Source: Vicugna vicugna
Taxonomy: Eukaryota
Direction: 5' to 3'
Assembly: GCA_013265495.1 (NCBI GenBank)
Contig: MU058384.1
Location: 4,201,239-4,263,238, forward strand
DNA length: 62,000 nt
The notes beneath the pieces were generated by a model, which was not told the DNA's origin, did not search any database, and saw only the letters and a program-made list of their open reading frames with translations. A program made the position numbers and the translations under genes. Positions 38,761 through 49,284 of this stretch are shown here, in pieces. Position 1 is the first letter of the stretch; each line of letters starts with the position of its first letter.

Positions 38761-41700
38761 TTTTAAACCATTCTCCTATATTATCAGGATACAAAATACT
38801 GTAGAAACGGTTAAGCATTAACTTTTTACTGCATAATGTATGCTTTGATCTTATTTGCCGATAGACCAAAAATATATTCATCATGATTCCTGGAAACTAA
38901 ATACCAGGGGAATCCACCCCCCTGATGAACTGGAGATTCAGTCAGATAGATGTTGTTTATTCTCACAGCAGTTCAGGGGAAATGGTCTGTAGAGTAAGAC
39001 GACCAAATCCTGCTCCGGATCAACAAGGCATCCATTATTTTCCAGTAAGAAATGGTAAGCAATTATTAAAAATGTTATTCAGTAGAACTCAAGCAACTTG
39101 GCAACCAATTTACTCAAGCTCTTAATTAAGTAGAATCTTTATAATGCAACTCCCCTTTGGGGATAAGAGACAAATAACAATGAAGCAAGTTGATAACAAA
39201 GATACCTAAACAAACAAACAAAACAAATCAACTGCAACAACAAGAAGCTACAAAACCCAGACCTGAAAGGTTCCGTTCCAGTGCTTATTCTGTCTATAAC
39301 TACAATTACCATCTTGGAAGCAGATACTCATAAACCTGACAGTGGCTTTTAGGTGTAGCAGATAATTGCTTTAAAAAAGGATGAAATCATGTTAAAAATA
39401 CTAGCAAGGCAGGAGTCAGGACAATTGCAAGTGGGCTAACAGGGCACTTTAGAAATGTTTCAACGTGAAAAGTTAAATACAAACAAACCAAAGATTCCAT
39501 ATCTTGAGCGTTCTATTTAATCTAAGGTTGAATGTGAAAAAATGAATGTTTTTCAGTATATATTTCTGATATAGATATATATTTCTTTCTGTAAGTTTTC
39601 ACTCCTTCTCCTTGCTGTCATGAGCCTCTTCTGACAGTAAAGTGCTTTAATATGCTCATGGGAAGAGAGAAATAATTCAGTAACAACGGTCCCTGGAGGA
39701 GCAGAGGCCACTGGGCAGATGGCCGAAGAACAGAATGGGTGGCGTCCTGCTGCACTGCTTTTCCTGGCCCATGGTCTCCAGCGATCATCTATTTACCCAA
39801 GGCCTTATATCCAAGCTAAACAATTATTTTGACTATTCCTTAGACCCTTGTTTAACTTAAGCAACATTTTTTTCTGGCAGACGAAAAGGTGCTGTGGAAA
39901 CAGGGGAGGAAGCGCTGACAGCTCAGAGCCGCGTCCTCAGTCTCTTCTTATTGTGTTCCAAAACGAAACAAACAGCAGGGGAATTCTTATTTTGAAAGGG
40001 CTACTTCTCTTTTGCCCCTTCAGGCTGAAAACATAACATGTCGTCCTTGGGTATTTAAAGCTGCAAACACAGGCAGAGAGCTGAGACAGCCACTCACCCC
40101 CCAGGGGACGTGGTTCCGGGAAGGACCTCTTGCCCACTTGGCCTCTCGGGCCGTCTCTGTTTAATAGAAGCTTGGGAGGGAGCAGACGTTATGTGGCCTC
40201 TTATGTAACTGGCAAAGAAGGTGGAGACTCTGACAGCGATGACAACTTACAGTGGCTGAAACACGGGCCACATGAGGAGAACCAGACTCTGGCCCCAGTC
40301 TTGGTGTCAAGGTCATTTCAGGGTGGGGAAAGGAGGTTGGAGAGGGACAGAGCAGTAGCTACCATGCTCCTATAGTATCTGAAACGAATGAAGAGGATAA
40401 TGATCAAGGCTGCAGGGACCCCGAGATAGACATGCGTAGGGCATCACAGTGAAGGAGGAAGGTGAGTGGTGGTAGAGTCAGAAAGATGCCATTGTGGGGC
40501 AGCCCACATATGGCAGGAGGGGAGATGCTCTCGTGAGAGGTATTCCTTTGGGTTTCCTTAGACATTACTAATTCATGTCACTGCTGCAAACTTGCAAAAT
40601 TAAGGCAGAGAGAACCCAGATCTCCAAATCTCACACAGGACTTTTCAACAGGCTGTGCTGCCTCACAGCTGGTGGCTTCGAATATTTCAGATGATTACTC
40701 TCAATTAGCAAGCTGAATTACTTCTCCTAAGATGTTTAGCCAAACAAAGAGGGGAAAGGTTGTACAATTTAATCATTCCACAGATTTACGGGTTAGTACA
40801 AGCAGCCAGTTTGGATAAGTCAGGCAGAAAGGGCCGTTCTGAGTGCTGAAAGCGCGAGCGAGATCCAAGATGGCTGATTAGACCCAAGTTTCCCACACAG
40901 AGGTTCCATCTTCTGCTTTCCTTTCTTGAGTGGGCCTGGGCCTGTCTGGTTACTAGGAACCTGCCCAGCAATCTGCTGCACTAATTGTGTATTCCTGGGC
41001 TGCACTGAGGGTGCTTTGTGTACAGGAAAGAGAGGAGGGACCAGGAGCTAGTTGTCCAGAAACCACACTTTTGGCAAAAGGAACAATAAAGTTTTCCTTG
41101 CATGTGAGAAAAGTTCGTTCTTTCTTCTCTTAAAAAAAAAAAACAACAAACTTTGATCATTATACCAAGATCAGAGAAATTTCACCAAGTTAGAGTCAAT
41201 ATTCTGTTGCCTATATTGTATTACCTTGCAACTTTAGCTTAGAATTATTAAATACTTTGTGACAAATGTGCATTTTGGGACTTCACTGCTGCAGAGGTGA
41301 ATATATAAATAGTAGTGCTTTTATTTTCTAAAGTAGGTAGGATATGTTTTAACTCAGACTAGACATTCTTCAACTTGATGGTTTTACAGAGGGAAAATGA
41401 GAAAAAAAAGTTACAATCACTAGGAACACAGGAGTCTAATAAAAAAAGATATTGAACAAGAAGCAGCAGGAATGCCTAAAGAGAATTCCGAGAAGCTGTA
41501 AAAAAACTTAAAAGAACACCAAGAACATGTCTTCTTACAAAGATTGAGAAGATGGGGAATAATCTAAGGGGCCATCTTAGGGAATGCGTGATCTGGATCT
41601 GCCTTAAGTAATGAAAACACCGGTGTAAGCTTGCACGCTATTCACTTATTTCTGGGATAATGCTTTTTTTAATCTCCAGAATCTCACCAAAGCAAAGTTT

Positions 41701-41885
41701 GTTATTTTTTAATAAATGTGTGATAAACAAACACACACACGCAATGCCCGGCACATCATAGGCACTCAAAAGAAAAAAAAAAACCCAGTATTTAATATTC
41801 TTATTTTGTTACTGTTCTGAGATTCCTGTCCCTTTCTCCATGGTAACAGGTATTATTTAGGTGACTTTCTAGGTCAGAAACTATT

Positions 41886-42035
41886 GTGGGGTTTTTTTTT
41901 TCTGTCTTTTTTTGGTTGGGGGAGGTAATTAGGTTTTATTTATTTATTTTTAATGGAGGTACTGGGGATTGAACCCAAGACCTCATGTACGCTAAGCACG
42001 CGCTCTACCACTGAGCTATACCCTCCCCCACTCCC
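41886..42035 (-). mobile_element. vic-1-type camelid tRNA-derived SINE, full length
   Basis: Reverse reads GGGGAGGGTATAGCTCAGTGGTAGAGC...GGGTTCAATCCCCAGTACCTCCATT(AAAT)nAAACCTAATTACCTCCCC. TSD aggtcagaaactatt / aagtcaggaactgtt. Confidence 0.92.
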
Positions 42036-42474
42036 AAGTCAGGAACTGTTTTAAGGACCATATATGTATGAGCCGGTTTGGTCCGCATAACAATCCGCCT
42101 GAGGCAGGTATGTGTAGCAACCCCATCGTGCTGAGGAACACAGAGTTTGTCAGTAACTGAATTGGGATGAGAAGTCAGGTGGCCTTGGAAGCCCGTGCTC
42201 TCTAAATCACTGCTGTGCAGGCCCAGCATGAGAAGAGAAGCCACGAGCCCCCCATGATGCAGGCTGGACCACAAGGAGTCTAGAGTCTGCTGGAGATCTA
42301 GCTATCTTGTAGGGCAGCAGAACTTTTGGGTAAATGGGTCACCAAAAGGGCCAATTCTGGGGCAGGCTCTGAGGAGACCCTAGACTAATTCAGCTCATTT
42401 CAACAAATACTCAGGCAAACACAGTACAAAGTGTTGAAAAGTAGGCAGGGAAAGGGAAACACAAAGCTACGTTA

Positions 42475-42610
42475 GTGGGAGGGTATAGCTCAGTGGCAGA
42501 GTATGTGCCTAGCATGCACAAGGTCATGGGTTCAATCCCTAGTGCCTCCATTAAGAATAAATAAATAAATAAACAAACCTAATTCCCACCCCTGAGACAT
42601 AAAATTAAAA
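42475..42610 (+). mobile_element. vic-1-type camelid tRNA-derived SINE, full length
   Basis: gggagggtatagctcagtgg (A box)...gggttcaatccc (B box), (aaat)n and A tail. TSD aaagctacgtta (42463-42474) / aaagttacgtta (42611-42622). Confidence 0.92.
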
Positions 42611-43399
42611 AAAGTTACGTTAAATGTCATCTTGCACTCAGATAATTAATAATCTAGAAGAGACTCGAGAGTCATAGAAACAAGCAAATATGGTATAAAT
42701 TGCAAGGAGTCTAACCTTTAGTGAGACTGGGCTATTTGGGTTTGGATCCCTCTCTCAAAAGCACTTTGAGGCTTTATGATTTTATGTGGATAAATAACCT
42801 GACCATTTCTGGGTCTAAAATGGCTTCCTAGTAATCCCATAAAAAATGTTTCAGTTAGTAGAACTGAAAGAGAATCATTTAACATTCAATTTTTCAACTT
42901 AATATAATTTTACATTTAAAAGGACTTCACCTTTTAGAGCCACGACTGAAGCTGTGATTTAGACTTTCATTCCGAGTCGTCAGTAAGCAAATTTCTGTGA
43001 GTACAAGCAGATGATTTAAATTAGCAATGCTATTTTCAGAAACCACTTGTTATTAGGAAGAGATGCCCTTCATATCTGATGAGTGTGTTAGCTTTCTGGA
43101 AAAAGAGGAAAAAATGTATATAGAGCAGGAGAGGTGGGGGAGGAGAAAGAGAGAGAAGGAAGAGGAGGAAGAGGAGTGAGAGGAGGCTGTACGGGGAGGA
43201 ACTGAATATCGGGGCAGAGGGAGAGGCAGGCATCAGGGATAATCGGTAGATTTCTGTTTTGCATAACTGGACGGTTGGTTGTGCCAATGACAGAAGAAGG
43301 AAACTCCCAAAGAAGAAAGACATTTCATGTCCTTTATTTGATAAATGGTATTTAATATAAATGATATTTATGAGACACGATCTTTCTGGCAGGCAATGC

Positions 43400-44760
43400 A
43401 ATGGTGAAGAATCTTGGGAGGAGCCTTGGCCTCCTGGAGTTTACAATCTATTGGAGAGGACAGCACAGAACAATGATACGCATAAATGTAAAGTTGCAGC
43501 TTTGGGTAGTGGAACATATGAGAAGTATACTGATGTTAAGAAAGCTATAATGAACTTTACTTTGCCAGAGAGGTTTTTGTCAGCGTCCCCAAGGAGGTAA
43601 CATTTGATCTGAGATCTGGGGAATGAACAGGCGTTAATTTAAGTGAACATGTGTCCCAATTTGCCCTGGAAGGTCTTGATTTACGCCTATTGTCTTTCCT
43701 GCTGTAATAAATAATAGTGCCCCTTTCACACTCAAAAGTATACTTACTAGATCACATGTTACATGATTACCCTCAGGGCAACAGTCCAGGCAGACAGGAG
43801 TGCGTGTCCAAAGGTTTTATTGCAGGAGGATGGCATATCTGAGCTACTGTAACAAAGCCTAGTATATTACAGCAAAGAGAACAAAGTGGATGTGGTGGGC
43901 CATGGTGTAAAATAAGGTTGGAGAGGTGTCAGGGCTTTGTGGGACAGGCTGAGGAATCTGACCTTATTCCAAGAGAGTTAGGAAGTCCTGGGATGATTTT
44001 AAGGGGAAGATGATGTATCAGATTTGCATATTGAAACAAACAACTTCGGGTACACAGTTTGGAAGGGGCAAGAATGGCTAGTTAGGAAATCACTGTAGTA
44101 CTCCAGGTGAGAAAAAAATGGTAGCTTGGAATATGGTAGTGTTACTGGTAGAGAAATGAATAGAGTTTTAGAGATTTTTTAGTAGGTAGAACTGACATGT
44201 GAAATTGCCTGTGTGGTCTGAGGCACATGAAAGTTTCAGGGATATTTTCTAGATCTCTGGCTTTCGTAACTGGATGACTGATTTTTGCTAACCATAGAAA
44301 AAGGCAATTGTAGAAGGACTGGATTTGTGGGGAGAAGTTCATATCATCAACTTTGGCCACATGGAGTTTAAGTATTCCTGGGATTTCAATGCAAAAATGT
44401 CAAGTGGGAAGTTGGACATATGGGTCTGGACCCATAAGGAATGTCTGGGATGAAGATATAAATTTCTAAATCAAACAAAACTTTAGGCATGTAAAAAGTT
44501 GCCTAGGAAATGAAGTGATAAGTGAATAGGGCCTAGCATCCAGCTTTAAGCGACTGTAACATTTCATATCTTGCTGGAGGAGGACTCTATACAGGAGAAG
44601 GGGCAGCCATAGAAGTAGGAGGAAATCCAGAAGCTCTTTTTGTCATGGAAGAGAGCCATTCAAGAGAGAGGAAATGGTTTTCAGATAGATCTTGCTGAAA
44701 GCATGAGTGAAATGATGATTGAAAAAGTCCATTGGATTTAGTCGAGTAACAGTAGTATAA
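43400..44760 (-). mobile_element. L2 LINE fragment(s), interrupted by a hAT element
   Basis: ctcctggagtttacaatcta, ggaggtaacatttgatctgagatct, ctccaggtgaga, caagtgggaagttggacatatgggtctgga, gtccattggatttag. Confidence 0.75.
43637..43774 (-). mobile_element. MER81/MER94-like hAT-Blackjack element
   Basis: gtcccaatttgccc...tttacgcctattgtc...aataatagtgcccctttcacactcaaaagt...attaccct. Confidence 0.7.
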
Positions 44761-45714
44761 AATAGTAGAGCCCTTGGAGCATCACAAGGAATTGGGAAAT
44801 CAGGAGGGTTTTATTAAGAAGCCAATATTTCAATGATCATCAATGATAAGTAAAATTTCGAGAAGTAGCACTTTATACTGTTCGCTTGCAGTTGATTCAA
44901 CTATGATCATTGAAATAAAGGGAAGAAATTTTTAGGAAAAAATCATGCTGATCTTAAGAACAGTAGTAATCCTTAAGAATGATATTAGTGACAAAATATA
45001 ATTTGAAAATTGCACAGAGGGTAAAACAGTCCTGGTCATGAAAACGCCTGCAAATTTTTGCAGAATATAGTGATACCCTGTGTAATCACTTCCTATACCT
45101 AAATGCACTTCAAGAAAAAAAATCCAATGGAAAAGTGCAAAGAAAAGTATTCACTGGGAAGAAGAGGACAGGCACATTAATGACAAGTAGTATAATTAAT
45201 AAGATAAAATACCAACCAAGTCCCAATATTGCTGAATAATTTCTTGTGTTTTTGAACTCTGAATAATTTGAGAGACGCTTTCAATGTATTGTTTGTTTTC
45301 ATGTGCTTCTGAACTTCCTGATTCTGGCCGGGAACAAGGACAAACCTGCCAAAACACTGCAAGAAAAGATGTTGCTGATCACGGGCAGGAAATACTCAAA
45401 GTCCCACGAGATAGCCTGTTCTTCGGAGACATTCACACAAGTCTGCTGACCTCAGAAGGACCATCAGGACACCACACTCACTGCTGGAGCTGCTCAGGGC
45501 CGGGAGATATTTGGGAATTCTTCATTCCAGGCATCCGTGCCAACATGGCACTTGGGATTCTTTTAAGTTCCAAGTGTTGTTCATTTTTTGTTTGTTTTTC
45601 AGAAGGGAAACAGATGGCAAAAACTGGACTCAGTTGGGAAATGGTTGAATGTGTTATATTACATCTGTTATAGAATGTTATTTCGCTATTAAAACCAGTA
45701 ACTTATATTTCTAT

Positions 45715-45950
45715 AATAATAGCTAACATTTATTGAGCATTTAGTATGTGGTAGGTAATGCTGGAAGTACTTTCCATGAATTAACTCACTTAATTCTCTC
45801 AGTAACCCCCGTAGATAAGTACTGCTGTCAGTATCACACCTGAGAGACGGAGGCGGGAAATTACTTTCCCTGGATGACATGGTCAGTGAGCATGAAGGCA
45901 GATTTGCAACCAGGGTTACCAGCTCCACAGTCTGTGTTTTTAACTAATAT
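45715..45950 (-). mobile_element. MIR SINE
   Basis: aatagctaacatttattgagcatt...aactcacttaattctc...ctccacagtctgtgtttttaac. Confidence 0.82.
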
Positions 45951-46491
45951 GGAACAATCCCTGTTCAAACATGTCTTAATCTGAAGTGAGAGCTATGGTT
46001 AAGGGAGGGTGGGTATTATCTAGTATTTAAAAGTTGTATCATAGAGAAGAAATCAATAATATGAGAAGCTATTGACTACCTCTATGAACTTGGTAAGTAT
46101 TAAGGAATCTGGGCTTCGTTCAATCTTCTGTTTTGTTAAGTAGGGGTAATAATGTCTGCCCAGTATACCTCTTAAAAGGCGGGAATCAAATCACATGGAT
46201 AAAAGTGCTTTGTCAATTGTTTCGTAATACATTTTTATTATTAGGCATATTCTTATTTATATTGCTATAAAAATTAAACATGTATAATATACATTACATA
46301 AATTCTATATTATATTTTGTATATTGTATAAATATTGATATTGCTATATAAATCTAGGTCATCATTGAAATAAATTCAAACTGAGGAACATTGTTCTTGG
46401 ATATATAATTGAGTGTAAATAAAGGGTGATGTAGTCAAATGTGCTTGTGAAACACAGAAGTTTAACAGAATTAAACTTTTAAAAATTGCAA

Positions 46492-46874
46492 CGTTATGGG
46501 CTAAATTGTACCCCCTATTCATATGTGAACCTGTAACCCCCTAATGCCTCGGAATGTGACTATATTTTGAGATGTGGCCTTTAAAGAGGTGATGAAGTCA
46601 AAATGAGGCCATTAGGGTGGCCTCTAATCCAATCTGACTTGTGTTTTTTAAAAAAAGAGGCAATTTGGATACACAAGGAGACACCAGTTTTGCGTGAGCC
46701 TACAGAAAAGGCCAAGTAGGGACAGAGTAAGAGGGCTGCTGTCCAAAGCCAAGGAAAGAGGCCTCAGAAGAAATCAAACATGTTGATACTTTGATCTTAG
46801 ACTTTGAACTCCTAGAACTGTGAGAAAAATTTTTGATATTAAAGACACCCAGGCTATGGTATTCTGATAGGTAG
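46492..46874 (+). mobile_element. MLT1B-like ERVL-MaLR LTR, lacking the last ~18 bp
   Basis: cgttatgggctaaattgt...gaatgtgactatattt...aaaatgaggccattagggtgg...aagccaaggaaagaggcctcagaagaaa...agaactgtgagaaaa. Confidence 0.88.
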
Positions 46875-47510
46875 AGAGGCTGCTTCTACTGAGAATTTGG
46901 GGATTCAATGCCCCCAGCTTCATCAGGGGCTCACCATATGTCTCCTTTTCAGTTTTCAGGATCCCATTCCTTTCCATTCCATAATAGTAGACACTCTCCA
47001 ATGTCAGGAATTCAATTTGTTTTGTAATTCAGCCACTAGCAGGATAAGATTCTGGGCTTGGTTTTCAGGAATCTCAGCTCTGCAGCTTCAGGGTATAAGT
47101 CTCTTTCAGGGCAGACATGGAAGTTTTCAGGTCATTTATGCTGCATTTGAGCTGGAAATTTGACTCCCTTGGCTCATTCTTTCCTTTTTCCACTTTGTCC
47201 AGCAACATTAGGAGTAACTAGCCAATCTCATTATATTTGTTAATTTGACAAAAAAGTGAAGGGATGTGGGTACCTAGAAACTTGCCTCTTTTAAGTGTTT
47301 GCTGAAGAGTATCCAGTGCTGATATTTTGCCTATGTTTACTGCCCCATCACACCACAGACTCATCAGTGCTCCTTTAACTGATGGAAACAGAGTAATCAG
47401 CATCTGTAAGTCCAGTCATATTAGATAGCTAATTCCAGAAAGCCTGGGCCAGTTCAGAAAGCTCATCATGAAGATTCTGTTCCTCTTAAACCACTCTTGC
47501 AACCAAAATC
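46870..47510 (-). mobile_element. ERVL internal 5' region: tRNA-Leu PBS and decayed gag N-terminus
   Basis: Minus strand after the LTR end reads GATTTTGGTTGCAAGAGTGGTTTAAGAGGAACAGAATC, the ERVL PBS-Leu context. Remnant peptide ...KISALDT...RGK...KYNEIG*LLLMLLDKV resembles ERVL/Fv1-type Gag. Confidence 0.85.
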
Positions 47511-47556
47511 TGTATTAGTCAGGGTTCTGTGTCTCTGGAGAACTCTGACTAATACA
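47511..47556. repeat. 46-bp inverted repeat made of MLT2 (ERVL LTR) 3' termini
   Basis: tgtattagtcagggttct-gtgtctctgg-agaactctgactaataca; arms 17/18 complementary, 10-nt loop. Confidence 0.9.
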
Positions 47557-47690
47557 CGTGAGATTCTTCAGATTCTGCAAATTATTGATGTTCACTGTGA
47601 CTATACAAGAAGGTGAGATCATACAGCATTTTCCAAACACCTTTGTCCACAAAACATGTTTTTCAAGCATCTTCCAAGATGACTAATTAT

Positions 47691-47727
47691 TGTGTGTGTA
47701 TGTGTGTGTGTGTGCGTGCACACGTGC
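47691..47727. repeat. Imperfect (TG)n
   Basis: tgtgtgtgtatgtgtgtgtgtgtgcgtgcacacgtg. Confidence 0.8.
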
Positions 47728-47874
47728 AGTACTTAGGTCAAAATCTCAGCACTGGAGGAGCCTTAGCAGTCCCCTAGTTCTCTTCTTTCCCATCATTCCT
47801 TGCATTCTTGTTCTGTATGACTTAAGTCCACACCTCTGGTTCTGATTGCTTTATGGGGTATAGACCAAATGGAT

Positions 47875-48480
47875 ATTTACTTATTTATTTACTCCTCAAA
47901 TATGTTTTTGAGTGCCTACTATGTGCTAGGCCCTGTTCTAGACCCTGGGAACATGGCAGTGAACAAAACAGACAGAACATGCCTGCTCAGACTCTGGTGG
48001 GCAAGACAGATGGCAGACAAAATCAACAAATAAATTGCCGTCAGGGACCTACTGTAAGTGCTATGGGGTAAAACAAAGCAAGGAAGGGTGAGGGAGTTCT
48101 AGGTGGCCTGGGTGGTGGTGGGGCTGCAGTTTAAATAGAAGATGGTCTGAGGTGACTTGGAGCAAAGACTTGAATGAAGTGTGGGAGGAGCCATGAGACC
48201 ATCTGGGAGGAGCATTTCAGACTCAGGGAACAGTAAGCCCAAGACACAAGGAATATGCCTGGTATGTTCTAGAAATAGCAAGGAGGCCAGCATGCTGGAG
48301 CAGACAGGGTGTGGGAGGAGATAAGAGCTCAGAGATGACAAGTGGGGAGGGGGCGGACAAGGAGACGAGTAGGAAATAGTTTGGAGTTTCAGAGAAACTG
48401 GGAGACACACGAAGGTTCTGTGACATGATCTGCCCAATGTTTTTAGAGGATCACCGGGCCACTCAATCGGGAACAGACCG
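47875..48480 (-). mobile_element. L2a 3' portion
   Basis: ttgagtgcctactatgtgctaggccctgttctag...cagtgaacaaaacagac...gcaaggaggccag...tgacatgatctg...ggatcac. Confidence 0.85.
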
Positions 48481-49186
48481 CTGGGGAGCTTTATACAGTT
48501 AATAGATTCCCAAACAATTGTGCTATCTTTTCCTATAACTCAGGCCCTGTCTTGCATCGTTATGACAAGTCCAGTCAGCCACCAAGGCCCGTTACTGTGA
48601 GCCGCCCCACCCCTCCAGAGGTAGTCTTATCACTCAGCAGGGAGGGGCGCTATTAGGTCCTGTGTGTGCAGGGCGCTTTCTAGAAAAGGGTGCTAAGCCA
48701 CAATACACATTCTCCTGGTTTCACAGAGAAGGCAGAAAATGGATCAAGGCACATGGTCACGTGATTACTTCATTCATATAAGTTGCCATCAAGTTTAGAA
48801 GCATGTAGGATACAAATAATATGTTTTAGGGGGAGCTATATTTGGGAATATTTTCATTTGTCTGTAAAATTAATTAAGCTGGTCCTTGTAAAATACATAC
48901 TTGGAAGAAAGACCTTGCAGCATACTGATTTGGAATAAGAACTATTTAAGAAGTGGGTAAAATAGAAAACTCAAGAAACATTGGCTCCTGCAGAAATGGT
49001 CACTTTTGCTGAAACTGGCACTGAAACCTGCACTTTTGCAACTGGACATTACTCACGATAGGGTCGATTGGCCCATACATTAATTCGCCCACTCAGAACT
49101 CTGGCCCCATGCCTGTTTACACAGCCAGCATAACTACACTTGGAGACTAAACTGAAGTGGAGGTACTTTATAAACAGAGATCGTGG

Positions 49187-49284
49187 TTTTTTTTTTTTTA
49201 TAATGGAGGTACCTGGGGATTGAACTCCAGACCTCATGTGCTAAGCATGTGCTCTACCACTGAGCTATAACCCTCCCCCACCCC
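49187..49284 (-). mobile_element. vic-1-type tRNA-derived SINE (short-tail form)
   Basis: Poly-T, atggaggtacctggggattgaac...gctctaccactgagctataaccctcccc. Confidence 0.9.

Noticed and set aside
42475..42556. tRNA-like sequences (also at 41950-42030, 49200-49280 and 56645-56720)
   Set aside because: They have A/B boxes but also SINE tails, TSDs and broken stems, so they are SINE heads rather than tRNA genes.
45284..45673. 129-aa ORF, and overlapping ORFs at 50706-51391 and 15822-16286
   Set aside because: No recognisable protein similarity, splice context or retrocopy hallmarks.
47218..47403. ERVL gag ORF as a domesticated Fv1-like gene
   Set aside because: Only about 60 codons, with a stop at a conserved Trp and frameshifts on both sides.
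48634..48652. CTCF-like motifs (also about 25921 and 33261)
   Set aside because: Core spacing or key positions do not fit the consensus; cannot be supported without a PWM scan.
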